A stretch of DNA of 43,622 nucleotides from Bacillota bacterium. Lineage in GTDB: Bacteria > Bacillota > GCA-003054495 > Carboxydocellales > JAJZTU01. A program made the position numbers and the translations under genes. Location: assembly GCA_021848765.1 (NCBI GenBank), contig JAJZTU010000003.1, positions 1 to 43,622 of the forward strand, read 5' to 3'. The notes under the pieces were generated by a model. It did no database searches, had not been told where the DNA came from, and saw nothing but the letters and a program-made list of their open reading frames with translations. This document shows, piece after piece, positions 27,280 to 37,013 of the stretch; positions within the stretch are counted from its first letter, which is position 1, and the number at the start of each line of letters is the position of its first letter.

Positions 27280-30021
27280 CTAAACCTTGCTTACCCGCAC
27301 GGCACAGGCCTTCAATTCCGGGATTTTACAAATGGGATCAACGGCTGCGTTTGTCAATAAGTTAGTAGCCGTCTCCTTAAAATGAAAGGTCATAAACAGC
27401 ACTCCCGGGGGTACATGGTCGGTAACCTGGACCTTGGTCTTGACTTTACCCCGGCGGGATTCCACCTGCACGGTATCCCCGTCACAAATGCCGTAATGGC
27501 TGGCATCATCAGGGTTTAACATGGCCAGTTCGTGGTCATGAATTGCCTCCAAGCGCTTGGAACGCCGGCTCATGGTGCCGGTATGGAAATGGTAGAGCAT
27601 CCGCCCGGTAGTCAGCAACAGCGGGTACTCCCGGTCAGGCTCTTCTGCCGGAGGCAGGTGTTCAACCCTGTGGAAACGGCCCTTGCCCCGGGTAAATTTC
27701 TCAGCATGCAGCCAGGGTGTCCCCGGGTGGTCCGGTGTGGGGCAGGGCCACTGGATACCGGTCTCCTCCAGGCGGGCATAACTGATTCCGCCGTAGAGCG
27801 GGGTTACCCGGGCGATTTCTTCCATAATCTCCTCAGGTCCCCGCGGGTAGTGCCAGGGCCGGCCCAGATGATTGGCCAGTTCTACAAGTATCAGCCAGTC
27901 CGGTTTCGCCTCCCCCGGCGGCTCCAGGGCTTTACGCACTCTTTGAATCCGGCGTTCGGTATTGGTAAACGTACCCTCCTTTTCAGCAAAGCTGGCCGCC
28001 GGAAGCACCACATCCGCCAGTTCTGCAGTTTCCGTGAGGAAAATATCCTGGACCACCAGAAAGTCCAGCTTCTTCAAGGCCTCAATGACATGATTGGCAT
28101 CCGGGTCAGACAGCACGGGGTTTTCACCCATGATGTACATGGCCTTGATTTCACCCCGGTCAGCAGCCTTCATCATCTCGGTAACGGTGAGACCAGGCTC
28201 AACAGGCAGGCCGGCTGGCCCTTGCCCATTAGGCTGACCCGGAGCCCCTGCTTCAGGGCTAACCCCCCAGGCCTTTTCCAGGTCCTGCCTGGCTGCGGAA
28301 TCGTCCACAAACCTGTACGAGGGGTAGTAATTGGGCAGAGCCCCCATGTCGCAGGAGCCCTGCACATTGTTTTGGCCCCTTAGTGGCGCTACGCCGGCGC
28401 CTTCCCTGCCAACCTGCCCGGTAACCATCGCCAGATTGGCTATGGCAAACACGTTATTGGTTCCCGAGGTGTGCTGGGTAATGCCCATGGCATATACCGT
28501 GGTGGCTTTTTCCGCCTGGGCATAGAGGTGGGCCGCTTCCTCAATTAACTCCGGCTTGATTCCACAGATATTGGCCACATATTCCGGGGTATACTGCTCC
28601 AAGCCTTGCCGCCATTCTTCAAAACCTTCGCTGCGTTCAGCCACAAACTGCTTGTCCCAAAGGTCGTCCCTCATAATCACATGGGCCAGCCCGTTCAAAA
28701 GGGCCACATTGGTCCCCGGCCTGATGCGCAGCCAGAGATCCGCATAACGGACCAGTTCAATTTTCCGGGGGTCCACCACGATGAGCCTGGACCCGTCTTT
28801 TACCGCCTGCTTGATGCGGTATCCGGTTACGGGGTGGGCTTCGGTGGTGTTAGCCCCTACCAGCAGGATTACATTGGTCTGCAGCAGTTGATTTATAGAA
28901 TTGGTCATAGCCCCACTGCCAAATGCTGTGGCCAGACCGGCCACGGTGGAACTGTGTCAGAGCCGGGCACAGTGGTCCACATTATTGGTATGGATCAGTG
29001 TACGCATGAACTTCTGGAAAAGATAGTTTTCCTCATTGGTACATTTAGCTGAACTAAGCCCGGCCAGAGCCTGGCCCCCGTACTGGTCCCTGATGGAGCT
29101 TAAGCGCCGGGCAATATGGTTGTAGGCATCTTCCCAGGAAACCGGCTCCAGTTTGCCGTTTTTACGCAGCAAAGGCCTGGTCAGGCGGTCAGGAGAATGG
29201 ACATATTCCCAACCGAACTGGCCTTTGACACAGAGATGGCCCAGGTTGGAGCCCGACTTATCCTTGGCCACCCCGATAATGCGCCCGTCCTTCACTTTAA
29301 GTTTAAGCTGGCAGCCCACCCCACAGTAGGGGCAGGTAGTTTTGACTTTCTGCATTTCCCACGGCCGCCCTGCCCACATTACGGATTTTTCCACCAGGGC
29401 TGCCACCGGGCAAACCTGGACACACATCCCGCAAAAAGTACAGGCAGTCTCCTGGTTAGGGTCATCAAAGGCAGAGGTTACCTTGGAATCAAAGCCTTTT
29501 TCCATGAAGTCATAGACATAGGCACCGTTGATTTCCGCACAGACCCGGACACATTTGCCGCACATGATGCATTTGCTGTAATCCCTGAAGAAAAAAGGGT
29601 TTGAGATATCCACCGGATATTTCTTTTGCTCTCCCCGGTAGGGAGTATCCTCCACCTTGTAGCGGTAACAGTAATCCTGAAGCCGGCAGTCCCCGTTGCG
29701 CTCACAGGTCAGGCAGCGCAGGTCATGGCTGGCCAAATAAAGGCGCAGGATGTCCTTCCTGGCCTCCACCACCCGGTCGGATTCAGTCTGGATTTCCATT
29801 CCTTCCGTGACCGGGGTAGTACAGGCAGCCAGGAGCTTTCTGGCCCCTTTGACCTCGACTACACACATCCGGCAGCATCCGGGTATGGATAATCCCTCCT
29901 CATAACACATGGTGGGGATATGAATATTATTGGCTTCTGCAGCCTTTAAAATGGTGCTGCCTTTAAGCGCCTGATACTGGTTTCCGTTGATGGTTACGGT
30001 TATGCGCTCCACTTGTCTCAC
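27280..30021 (-). CDS. fdhF: Selenocysteine-containing Mo/W formate dehydrogenase alpha subunit (913 aa)
   Basis: ORFs 28957-30021 and 27280-28944 are in frame and join through TGA at 28957-28959 as DHCARL-U-HSSTVAGL. N-terminal NuoG-like Fe-S domains, CPYCGVGC and LRGQNNVQG. Confidence 0.96.
28928..28944 (-). promoter_or_regulatory. Bacterial SECIS hairpin
   Basis: GTGGCC-GGTCT-GGCCAC begins 12 nt after the UGA. The GGUCU loop resembles the E. coli fdhF SECIS apex. Confidence 0.8.
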
Positions 30022-30036
30022 CTCCTCTTTAAGGGT

Positions 30037-31821
30037 TTATCCGTGAACAATTGCCTCAAAGGGGCATTTTTTGACACATTCACCACATTTGGCGCATTTC
30101 GCCGGATCAATGACATGGGGCGCCTTCTTCTCCCCGGTTATTGCGCCCACCGGGCATTCCTGCTTACATAACCCGCAGGCCTTGCACTTTTCCGGAATTA
30201 CCCTGTAGTGTTTCAGAGCCTTGCAGACCCCTGCCGGGCAGACTTTTTGCTCAATATGCAGCTCATATTCGGAACGGAAATAACGCAGGGTACTTAAAAT
30301 TGGGTTAGGGGCAGACTGGCCCAAACCGCAAAGGGAGGAATCGATAATATTCCGCCCCAGCCTTTCCAGGGTTTCCAGGTCACGCTTTTCCCCTTTGCCT
30401 TCCACGATACGCTCCAGGATTTCCAGCAGGCGCTTGGTACCTTCCCTGCAGGGGGTACACTTTCCGCAAGACTCAGTCCTGGTAAAAGTCAGGAAGAACC
30501 GGGCCACATCGACCATACAGGTCTCCTCATCCATTACTACCAGGCCCCCTGAGCCCATCATGGCCCCCAGGGAAATCAGGGAATCATAGTCAATGGCCAC
30601 ATCCAGGTGTTCTGCCGGTATACAACCTCCCGAGGGCCCCCCGATTTGCACTGCTTTGAATTTCTTGCCATCCTTGATTCCACCGCCGATATCATAAATA
30701 ATTTCCCGGAGGGTAATTCCCATCGGCACTTCCGCCAAACCAGTGTTGTTGATTTTCCCGGTGAGGGCAAAGATTTTGGTGCCTTTGCTCTGCTGGGTCC
30801 CGATTTTGGCATATTCCCCTGCTCCCATGCCCAGGATAACCGGGATATTGGCCAGTGTCTCTACGTTATTCACATTGGTGGGCATGTCCCAAACGCCCTT
30901 GATAGCTGGAAAAGGCGGCCTGGGTCTGGGCATCCCCCTGTTGCCCTGTATGGATTCAATCAGGGCTGTCTCCTCCCCACAGACAAAAGCCCCGGCCCCT
31001 TGTTTGACCCGGATCCGGAAACCGAAGCCGGAACCCAGGATTTTATCGCCGATAAAGCCTTTCTCCTCCGCCTGCCGGATGGCTGCCAGGAGCCGGCGTA
31101 CAGCCAGCGGATACTCAGCCCGGATATAAATATAACCCTCCTGGGCGCCGATGGCGAATCCGGCAATCAACATCCCTTCCAGCACCGCATGGGGGTCACC
31201 CTCCATGATGCTCCGGTCCATAAATGCCCCGGGGTCTCCTTCATCAGCATTGCAGACCACGTATTTATGTTTACCTGCGGCATTCCTGGCAGTCTCCCAC
31301 TTGATTCCGGCAGGGAACCCACCTCCGCCTCTACCCCGCAGCCCGGACTTCTTGATCATTTCAATAATCTGCAGGGGATCTGCTGCCAGAGCTTTTTCCA
31401 GGGCCTTGTAACCCCCCCTCGCAATGTATTCGTCAATATTTTCCGGGTCGATCAGACCGCAATTATGTAAAACCAGGCGTTTCTGCTTCTGAAAAAAAAC
31501 CACCTCATCCCTGGTCCGGGCCGTAATCCCGGTATCAGGATTGGTATAAAGCAGCTCTTCCACCGGCCGGCCTGCTTTCAGGTGGTCCTGCACAATGGCC
31601 GGAACCTGGTCCGGGTCCACCCGGCAGTAAAAAGTACTGTCCTTCTCCACGATGATGATTGGGCCCTGTTCACAAAAGCCCTGGCAGCCGGTAAAGATTA
31701 TTTGGTACTCTTGATCGAGGTTGGCCTGCTGCAGTTCCTTTTCGAGCCGGTCCATAACCGGCCGGGAATGGGAGGAGATGCACCCTGTCCCACCGCAGAT
31801 AAGAATCCGGTTGGGCATCAT
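30037..31821 (-). CDS. nuoF: NuoF/HydB-like NADH-binding flavoprotein subunit
   Basis: LRGRGGGGFP, NADEGDPGAFMD, AFVCGEET and ESCGKCTPCREG motifs; N-terminal 2Fe-2S and C-terminal 2x[4Fe-4S]. Confidence 0.93.
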   Translation of the reverse strand: MMPNRILICGGTGCISSHSRPVMDRLEKELQQANLDQEYQIIFTGCQGFCEQGPIIIVEKDSTFYCRVDPDQVPAIVQDHLKAGRPVEELLYTNPDTGITARTRDEVVFFQKQKRLVLHNCGLIDPENIDEYIARGGYKALEKALAADPLQIIEMIKKSGLRGRGGGGFPAGIKWETARNAAGKHKYVVCNADEGDPGAFMDRSIMEGDPHAVLEGMLIAGFAIGAQEGYIYIRAEYPLAVRRLLAAIRQAEEKGFIGDKILGSGFGFRIRVKQGAGAFVCGEETALIESIQGNRGMPRPRPPFPAIKGVWDMPTNVNNVETLANIPVILGMGAGEYAKIGTQQSKGTKIFALTGKINNTGLAEVPMGITLREIIYDIGGGIKDGKKFKAVQIGGPSGGCIPAEHLDVAIDYDSLISLGAMMGSGGLVVMDEETCMVDVARFFLTFTRTESCGKCTPCREGTKRLLEILERIVEGKGEKRDLETLERLGRNIIDSSLCGLGQSAPNPILSTLRYFRSEYELHIEQKVCPAGVCKALKHYRVIPEKCKACGLCKQECPVGAITGEKKAPHVIDPAKCAKCGECVKKCPFEAIVHG

Positions 31822-32327
31822 TGTTTCCCTCCCCGCTCCTGATATTGTTCCAGGATGCCCGGGATTTTGTCCGGGGTCAGCCGGCCATGGGTATCGTCAT
31901 TGACTGTGATTACCGGCGCCAGGCCGCAGGCACCGATGCAGGCCACAGATTCCAGGGTGAAGTTGAGGTCCGGGGTAGTTTCCCCGGAGCCTACTCCCAG
32001 TTCCTTTTCAAAGCGGGCCATGATCTCCGTTCCGCCCCGGACATGGCAGGCAGTGCCCTGACAGACCCGAATGATGTTTTTGCCTCTGGGCTTCAGATGA
32101 AATTGAGAATAGAAAGTGGCTACTCCGTAAACTTTAGCTAGTGAGGTATGCATTCCCCCGGCAATCTGTTCCAGGACCTCTCTGGGTAAATACCCTTTAA
32201 GGTCTTGGGCTTCCTGCAGGAGCGGTACCAACCCACCCTCATAACCCCGGTACTTATCAATCAGGGCTGCCACCTTCGGGTCCACTGTCTGCTGATCCTT
32301 TTTCCGGTCCTGACAGACGATACTCAT
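31818..32327 (-). CDS. nuoE: NuoE/HydC-like 2Fe-2S subunit
   Basis: CQGTACH and ACIGACGLAP motifs. ATG at 32327 follows AAGGAGG. Confidence 0.93.
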   Translation of the reverse strand: MSIVCQDRKKDQQTVDPKVAALIDKYRGYEGGLVPLLQEAQDLKGYLPREVLEQIAGGMHTSLAKVYGVATFYSQFHLKPRGKNIIRVCQGTACHVRGGTEIMARFEKELGVGSGETTPDLNFTLESVACIGACGLAPVITVNDDTHGRLTPDKIPGILEQYQERGGKQ

Positions 32328-33261
32328 ACTTGATTTCCTCCTTTTTGGCAGGCTTCGGCCATAGGCCGAGAACAGGACCCGGTATCCTCTGGCTTTCTCC
32401 GGACTCAGATTTATACCGGTGCAGGTAAACAAACCAGTAGGCCAGTCCGACAAATACCGAGCCCCCAATAATATTTCCAATAGTTACAGGAATCAGGTTA
32501 TTGACCAGGAAGTTGCCCAGGGTCAGCGGGGCCAGGTCAACTCCGGGAAATGCCTTAGCAAAAGCAGCCAGGGCCTCAGGTTGAGTTTTCAAAAGCAAAG
32601 CAAAGGGGACAAAATACATGTTGGCAATACTGTGCTCAAAACCTGAGGCCACAAAGGCTGTTACCGGAAAGATAATAGCCAGCACTTTGTCCGTAACCGT
32701 ACGGCCGCTATAGCTGAGCCAGACCGCCAGGACCACCAGGCTGTTGGCCAGGATACCCCTAATCAGGGCAGTCATAAAGTCATACTTAACCTTGCCCAGG
32801 CCGATATTCAGCGACTGCGCGGCAAAGGCAAATTTCCCCAGATGCCACTGCTGACCGTAATAAACCAGGAAGACTACCCCGAGTGCACCGATTAAATTGC
32901 CAATGTAGACCAGGCCCCAGTTGCGCAAAAGTTTGCGCTGGGTGATTTTCCCGGTCATATAGGCAATTACCAGCAGGGTATTGCCGGTAAATAGCTCTGC
33001 CCCGGCAATTACTACCAGAATCAGGCCCAGGGAAAAGGCTATTCCCCCCAGAAGCTTGGCTATGCTGGAACCAACCCGGGCATCAAAAGTAACCATGGTG
33101 TAGAACTCCCCGGCAAAGGCAATAAAGACACCGGCCAGGATTCCCAGCATCACCGTAGTTCTGAGATTATAGTTAGCCTTTTTAACCCCGATACTCTCCG
33201 CCTTGGCGGTTACCGCTTTGGGTGACAGGAGATCAATATTGATCTTAGTGTTTTGGTCCAC
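32257..33261 (-). CDS. fdhC: Formate/nitrite transporter family channel
   Basis: GAELFTGN, GFEHSIANM and GNIIGG motifs. GTG at 33261 follows GAGGTG. The C-terminal tail overlaps nuoE. Confidence 0.92.
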   Translation of the reverse strand: MDQNTKINIDLLSPKAVTAKAESIGVKKANYNLRTTVMLGILAGVFIAFAGEFYTMVTFDARVGSSIAKLLGGIAFSLGLILVVIAGAELFTGNTLLVIAYMTGKITQRKLLRNWGLVYIGNLIGALGVVFLVYYGQQWHLGKFAFAAQSLNIGLGKVKYDFMTALIRGILANSLVVLAVWLSYSGRTVTDKVLAIIFPVTAFVASGFEHSIANMYFVPFALLLKTQPEALAAFAKAFPGVDLAPLTLGNFLVNNLIPVTIGNIIGGSVFVGLAYWFVYLHRYKSESGESQRIPGPVLGLWPKPAKKEEIKYEYRLSGPEKGSADSGPEGGSPD

Positions 33262-33424
33262 AGGCTTCACCTCTTGCTCAGATTGGACTCTAGTAGTTTT
33301 CCCGCAGTGGGGCAGGCTATTCGGATAAAGAAAACTTGGCTTGCGCCAAGCGCCAGCGCAGGCGGAAGCCTTAGTTGCACTTATACTTGTTTCCATTAAA
33401 GGTTTTATAAGTTCCTACAAGTAT

Positions 33425-33457
33425 AAAAAAAACCTCCGTGCACATACACAGAGGTTT
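33425..33457 (-). terminator. Terminator after yvcK
   Basis: AACCTCTGTG-6-CACGGAGGTT followed by a T-tract. Confidence 0.8.
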
Positions 33458-33483
33458 ATCTCGTCTTGTGGTTTGCTAGCAAA

Positions 33484-34872
33484 TTACTTACCCTGTCCCC
33501 TATCCTTAAACCACTCACCTAACAGGTAAAAATCCAGGACACCTGCTGCCTCCTGCTGGGCCTTGGTCCGGAACAGCAAGCCAATAATGGCCCGGGAAAG
33601 TTTATCCGGATGGTGGCGCACCAGGTCTGACTCATAAACCAGTTTTTCCGGCACAACCTGCAGCCCCATTTTCTCCAGTTTCTTGCGTTCAGAACGCACC
33701 GGGCGGGCGCCGCGTTCCAGGTATTTCTTAACTAAACGTTTGGGCACTTCTTCTATGTTGACGATAACATGTTCCACTACCCCTGGCCCCACATGGTCCA
33801 GGATAGCCTGAACGTGGTCTGCCGCACCGTACCCTTCAGTTTCTCCGGGTTGGGTCATAATATTGCAAACATAAACTTTAGCCCCTTTGGCGGCCTTGAG
33901 TTCTGCGGCAATTTCGCTGATCAGCAGGTTAGGAAGCACACTGGTGTATAAACTCCCCGGCCCGAGGACAACCAGGTCTGCCTCTTTGATTGCCTGAAGC
34001 GCCTCCGGCAAGGGCTTACAATCCTCCGGCTCCAAAGCTACCCTCTTGATGGCCTGGCCACAAGCTGAAATAGCGGATTCCCCCACTACTACTTTCCCAT
34101 CACCGGTTTCCGCCCTTAAGGTGATATTTTCGAGGGTAGAGGGCAGTACCTGACCCCGAATAGCCAGAACTTTGCTCATAGCTTTGATAGCCCGGTCGAA
34201 ACTGCCGGTCAGATTCGTCATGGCCGCCAGTAAAAGGTTTCCCATACTGTGCCCTTCTAAAGTTTTTCCGTCCGGAAAACGATACTGGAACAGCTCATCC
34301 ATTAGGGCTTCCGGTTCAGCCAGGGCCACCATGCAGTTCCGGATATCCCCCGGGGGTAAAATACCCAACTCCCCCCTGAGCCGCCCTGAACTTCCTCCGT
34401 CATCAGCCACAGTTACAATAGCCGTAATGTTCGAGGTATACTTTTTTAATCCCTTGAGGAGTACCGAGAGTCCGGTTCCTCCACCTACCACAACTATCCT
34501 GGGGCCTCGCTGAAGGTGCCGCTTCTGAAAAACTGCTTCAGCAAACCCAAAATCCCGCTCGGGAAATACGGCATCCATTATGGAACCCAGGGATTTCCTG
34601 ATTCCCAACAACATAATTGCAATCCCCAGGGCAATAGTAAGCAGTCCGGCCCAGAAGGCAAAGGACCCGAATGACCAGATACTGGCCTGGAGAATTTTGT
34701 TTTCCAGGAAACTTAAAATCTTTTCCTGAGTGGTGATTATCACCCCCAACCCGCTGAGCAGTGCACCCAGGACGGCCAAAAACAGCCATCGCTTAACCCG
34801 CATTCCGGGATAGAGCCACTTGGCCTTGTACAACCAATAATCAAGCCATCGCTTTGCCAAGCTACCGCTCAT
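33484..34872 (-). CDS. yvcK: YvcK/GlmR gluconeogenesis factor with N-terminal TM extension
   Basis: [29 protein letters not shown] and GPGSLYTS motifs. Confidence 0.95.
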   Translation of the reverse strand: MSGSLAKRWLDYWLYKAKWLYPGMRVKRWLFLAVLGALLSGLGVIITTQEKILSFLENKILQASIWSFGSFAFWAGLLTIALGIAIMLLGIRKSLGSIMDAVFPERDFGFAEAVFQKRHLQRGPRIVVVGGGTGLSVLLKGLKKYTSNITAIVTVADDGGSSGRLRGELGILPPGDIRNCMVALAEPEALMDELFQYRFPDGKTLEGHSMGNLLLAAMTNLTGSFDRAIKAMSKVLAIRGQVLPSTLENITLRAETGDGKVVVGESAISACGQAIKRVALEPEDCKPLPEALQAIKEADLVVLGPGSLYTSVLPNLLISEIAAELKAAKGAKVYVCNIMTQPGETEGYGAADHVQAILDHVGPGVVEHVIVNIEEVPKRLVKKYLERGARPVRSERKKLEKMGLQVVPEKLVYESDLVRHHPDKLSRAIIGLLFRTKAQQEAAGVLDFYLLGEWFKDRGQGK

Positions 34873-35771
34873 TTTTTGTCAACTCCCCCGGATTTCTTGT
34901 CAATATCGCGATGTTTGATAACCACCCGGAAGCCCCTGTCCTGCTCCTGTTTCTGTAACATAACCCCCAGCCGGTTGGCCAGGGTAACGGAGCGGTGCTG
35001 ACCACCGGTACAACCTACGGCAATGGTCAGGCTGGTTTTACCCTCTTGAATATAATGGGGAATCAGGAATTTCACCAGGCTGTAGAATTTCCGCAGAAAT
35101 TCACGGGTTACAGGAGATTTATTTACATAATCCTGCACCTGAGCATCATTACCTGTAAAGGCCCTGAGTTCAGGAATATAATAGGGGTTGGGCAGGAACC
35201 GCACATCAATGACCAGGTCGGCATCCAGGGGAATGCCGTACTTGAATCCAAAGGAAACCACCGTCATCCGCAGTTTGGCATTATCCTGTCCCGTGCCGGC
35301 AAACATGGAGTGAATCTCTGCCTTCAACTCCTGAGTCGAAAGATTCGAAGTATCAATAACCTTGTGGGCCCGGCCTCTGAGTTCCTCCATCCGTTTACGT
35401 TCTTCTTTAATTCCTTCCAATACCTGGCCTTGGGGACTCAGGGGGTGCCTGCGCCTGGTTTCCTTAAAGCGCCTTACCAGAGTCTCATCAGCTGCCTCCA
35501 GAAAGAGAATTTCGTAGTCTGAATCCTCCTTGTCCAGGTAGTCAAACATTTCATTAATACTATCGAAAAACTCTCCTCCCCGTATATCGATAACCAGGGC
35601 TATCTTGTCAATACTCCCCTGGTATTGGCCGCACAGTTCAGCGAATTTCGGCAGCAGGGAAGGAGGCAGATTATCCACACAAAAAAAACCCAAATCCTCC
35701 AGGCTCCGCATGGCCTGGGTCTTCCCGGCTCCCGAAAGACCGCTGACGATTACTAATTTAACCTTCTGCAT
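34869..35771 (-). CDS. rapZ: RNase adapter RapZ (YvcJ) P-loop protein
   Basis: [20 protein letters not shown] and [10 protein letters not shown] motifs. Confidence 0.97.
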   Translation of the reverse strand: MQKVKLVIVSGLSGAGKTQAMRSLEDLGFFCVDNLPPSLLPKFAELCGQYQGSIDKIALVIDIRGGEFFDSINEMFDYLDKEDSDYEILFLEAADETLVRRFKETRRRHPLSPQGQVLEGIKEERKRMEELRGRAHKVIDTSNLSTQELKAEIHSMFAGTGQDNAKLRMTVVSFGFKYGIPLDADLVIDVRFLPNPYYIPELRAFTGNDAQVQDYVNKSPVTREFLRKFYSLVKFLIPHYIQEGKTSLTIAVGCTGGQHRSVTLANRLGVMLQKQEQDRGFRVVIKHRDIDKKSGGVDKK

Positions 35772-35848
35772 TGCTTATCACCTCAACGAAAACATTCGCT
35801 GTCCCGGGGGATTTTCCTGCCTGTGTGCTGCCTATACTGCCTGGAGTT

Positions 35849-36589
35849 TTACTGTTCCGCTTTAAGGTTGAGGGTTTGTTCAGGGCTAACCCCCGCCCGC
35901 TCCAGGAGTTCTATCCCTATGTCAAGGCGCCCGATGCTCTCGGGGAAGTGAGCGTCACTATTTACTACGAAGGTGACTCCTTCTTTAGCTGCGGTCAGTA
36001 CGTCCTCAATTGTTTGAAAGTTGTGTCCGGTGTTGATTTCATAGGCGCTGCCATATTTATGACAGGCCCGGGCGACTTCCCTAATCTCTACCGGCATTTC
36101 CAGATTGGGGTGGGAGACTATATCTACCGGATACCTGGCCATGGCTTCTACCAAAGCCTTGGTGTTGCGGCAGCGTACCTTTTCCTCCATGCTGCGGGTT
36201 ACCCGCAGGGTCTGGTTACTCAGGACAAAGTCCCACCCATCCTTCCAGGTCTTAGGCCAAACATAGGGATGCAGGCCCACAATCAAAAGCTCCAGGGCCT
36301 CGATGGTCTCCCGGGAGAGGTCAATATCTCCTTCCAGACTGATGATATCCGCCTCAGCTCCCACCAGAACCTGCAGGTCAGGAAAGTTTTCCCTGAGTCC
36401 CCGGACTTCTTCTTTAATCACAAGGTATTTATTTTCATCACCAACACCGACACCAATGTTCTGTGGTCCATGATCGGTGATAGCGTATCTCTCTAAACCA
36501 ATGGCGGCAGCTGCCCGGATATTCTCAGTCACCGTCCCCCGGCCGTCACTGTATGTGGAATGGCTATGCAGATCAGCTATGGCTTTCAA
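35849..36589 (-). CDS. PHP-domain phosphoesterase
   Basis: DLHSHS, ITDH, SHP, EIN and NSDAH motifs. Confidence 0.92.
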   Translation of the reverse strand: MKAIADLHSHSTYSDGRGTVTENIRAAAAIGLERYAITDHGPQNIGVGVGDENKYLVIKEEVRGLRENFPDLQVLVGAEADIISLEGDIDLSRETIEALELLIVGLHPYVWPKTWKDGWDFVLSNQTLRVTRSMEEKVRCRNTKALVEAMARYPVDIVSHPNLEMPVEIREVARACHKYGSAYEINTGHNFQTIEDVLTAAKEGVTFVVNSDAHFPESIGRLDIGIELLERAGVSPEQTLNLKAEQ

Positions 36590-36689
36590 ACCGACACCTC
36601 CTATAACGGTTCAAGGGTTATTATGACCAGAAAACCGGCCCCCATTCCAGCTCATGAAAAAGAAAAAGTCGAAAGTTAGTACTTGCGCA

Positions 36690-36884
36690 CTAATCTTCGA
36701 CCGTGTTTCCGCTTTGATGATGGAGTTGAAGTCTCATGTACTGTACAATTAGTTGATCCAGCTCACGGCTTTTACCGTAGACATCATCATTTCTAAGCCG
36801 CTCCCTTTGATTGGCCACCATTTTAACCAGTTGTTCCTGGTGAAAGCGAATTGTTGAAAGCAGTGCGAGTTTTTTCTCGGTCAC
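36690..36884 (-). CDS. Spo0E-family aspartyl-phosphate phosphatase
   Basis: Two-helix protein with SRELDQLI (SQELD-like) motif. Start uncertain. Confidence 0.7.
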   Translation of the reverse strand: MTEKKLALLSTIRFHQEQLVKMVANQRERLRNDDVYGKSRELDQLIVQYMRLQLHHQSGNTVED

Positions 36885-36958
36885 TGTTGATTTCCCTTCT
36901 TGCCCATTAGCAAACCTCCAGATTAGAAGTATTTTTGGCCGCTGACTCAACTATCTTC

Positions 36959-37011
36959 AATATATAACAAACTGCCCAAAATGTCAACTATTTCCTTATA
37001 TTAATGTCGAA
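36959..37011 (-). promoter_or_regulatory. Sigma-A promoter with an upstream Spo0A box
   Basis: TTGACA-N17-TATATT (36959-36987) and a perfect TGTCGAA at 37005-37011. Confidence 0.65.
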
Positions 37012-37013
37012 AT

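Noticed and set aside
28957-28959. Nonsense mutation making fdhF a pseudogene
   Set aside because: The TGA is at the conserved Sec position and is followed by a SECIS-like hairpin.
33262-33420. Moco/Wco riboswitch or sigma-54 promoter upstream of the FDH operon
   Set aside because: Only fragmentary resemblance (CTAAGG, GCCTGCCCC..GGGAAA), and no correctly spaced TGGCAC-N5-TTGC was found.
10014-36496. Other long antisense ORFs (10014-10943, 27532-28383, 30607-31470, 35771-36496)
   Set aside because: Each lies almost entirely opposite a well-supported minus-strand gene.
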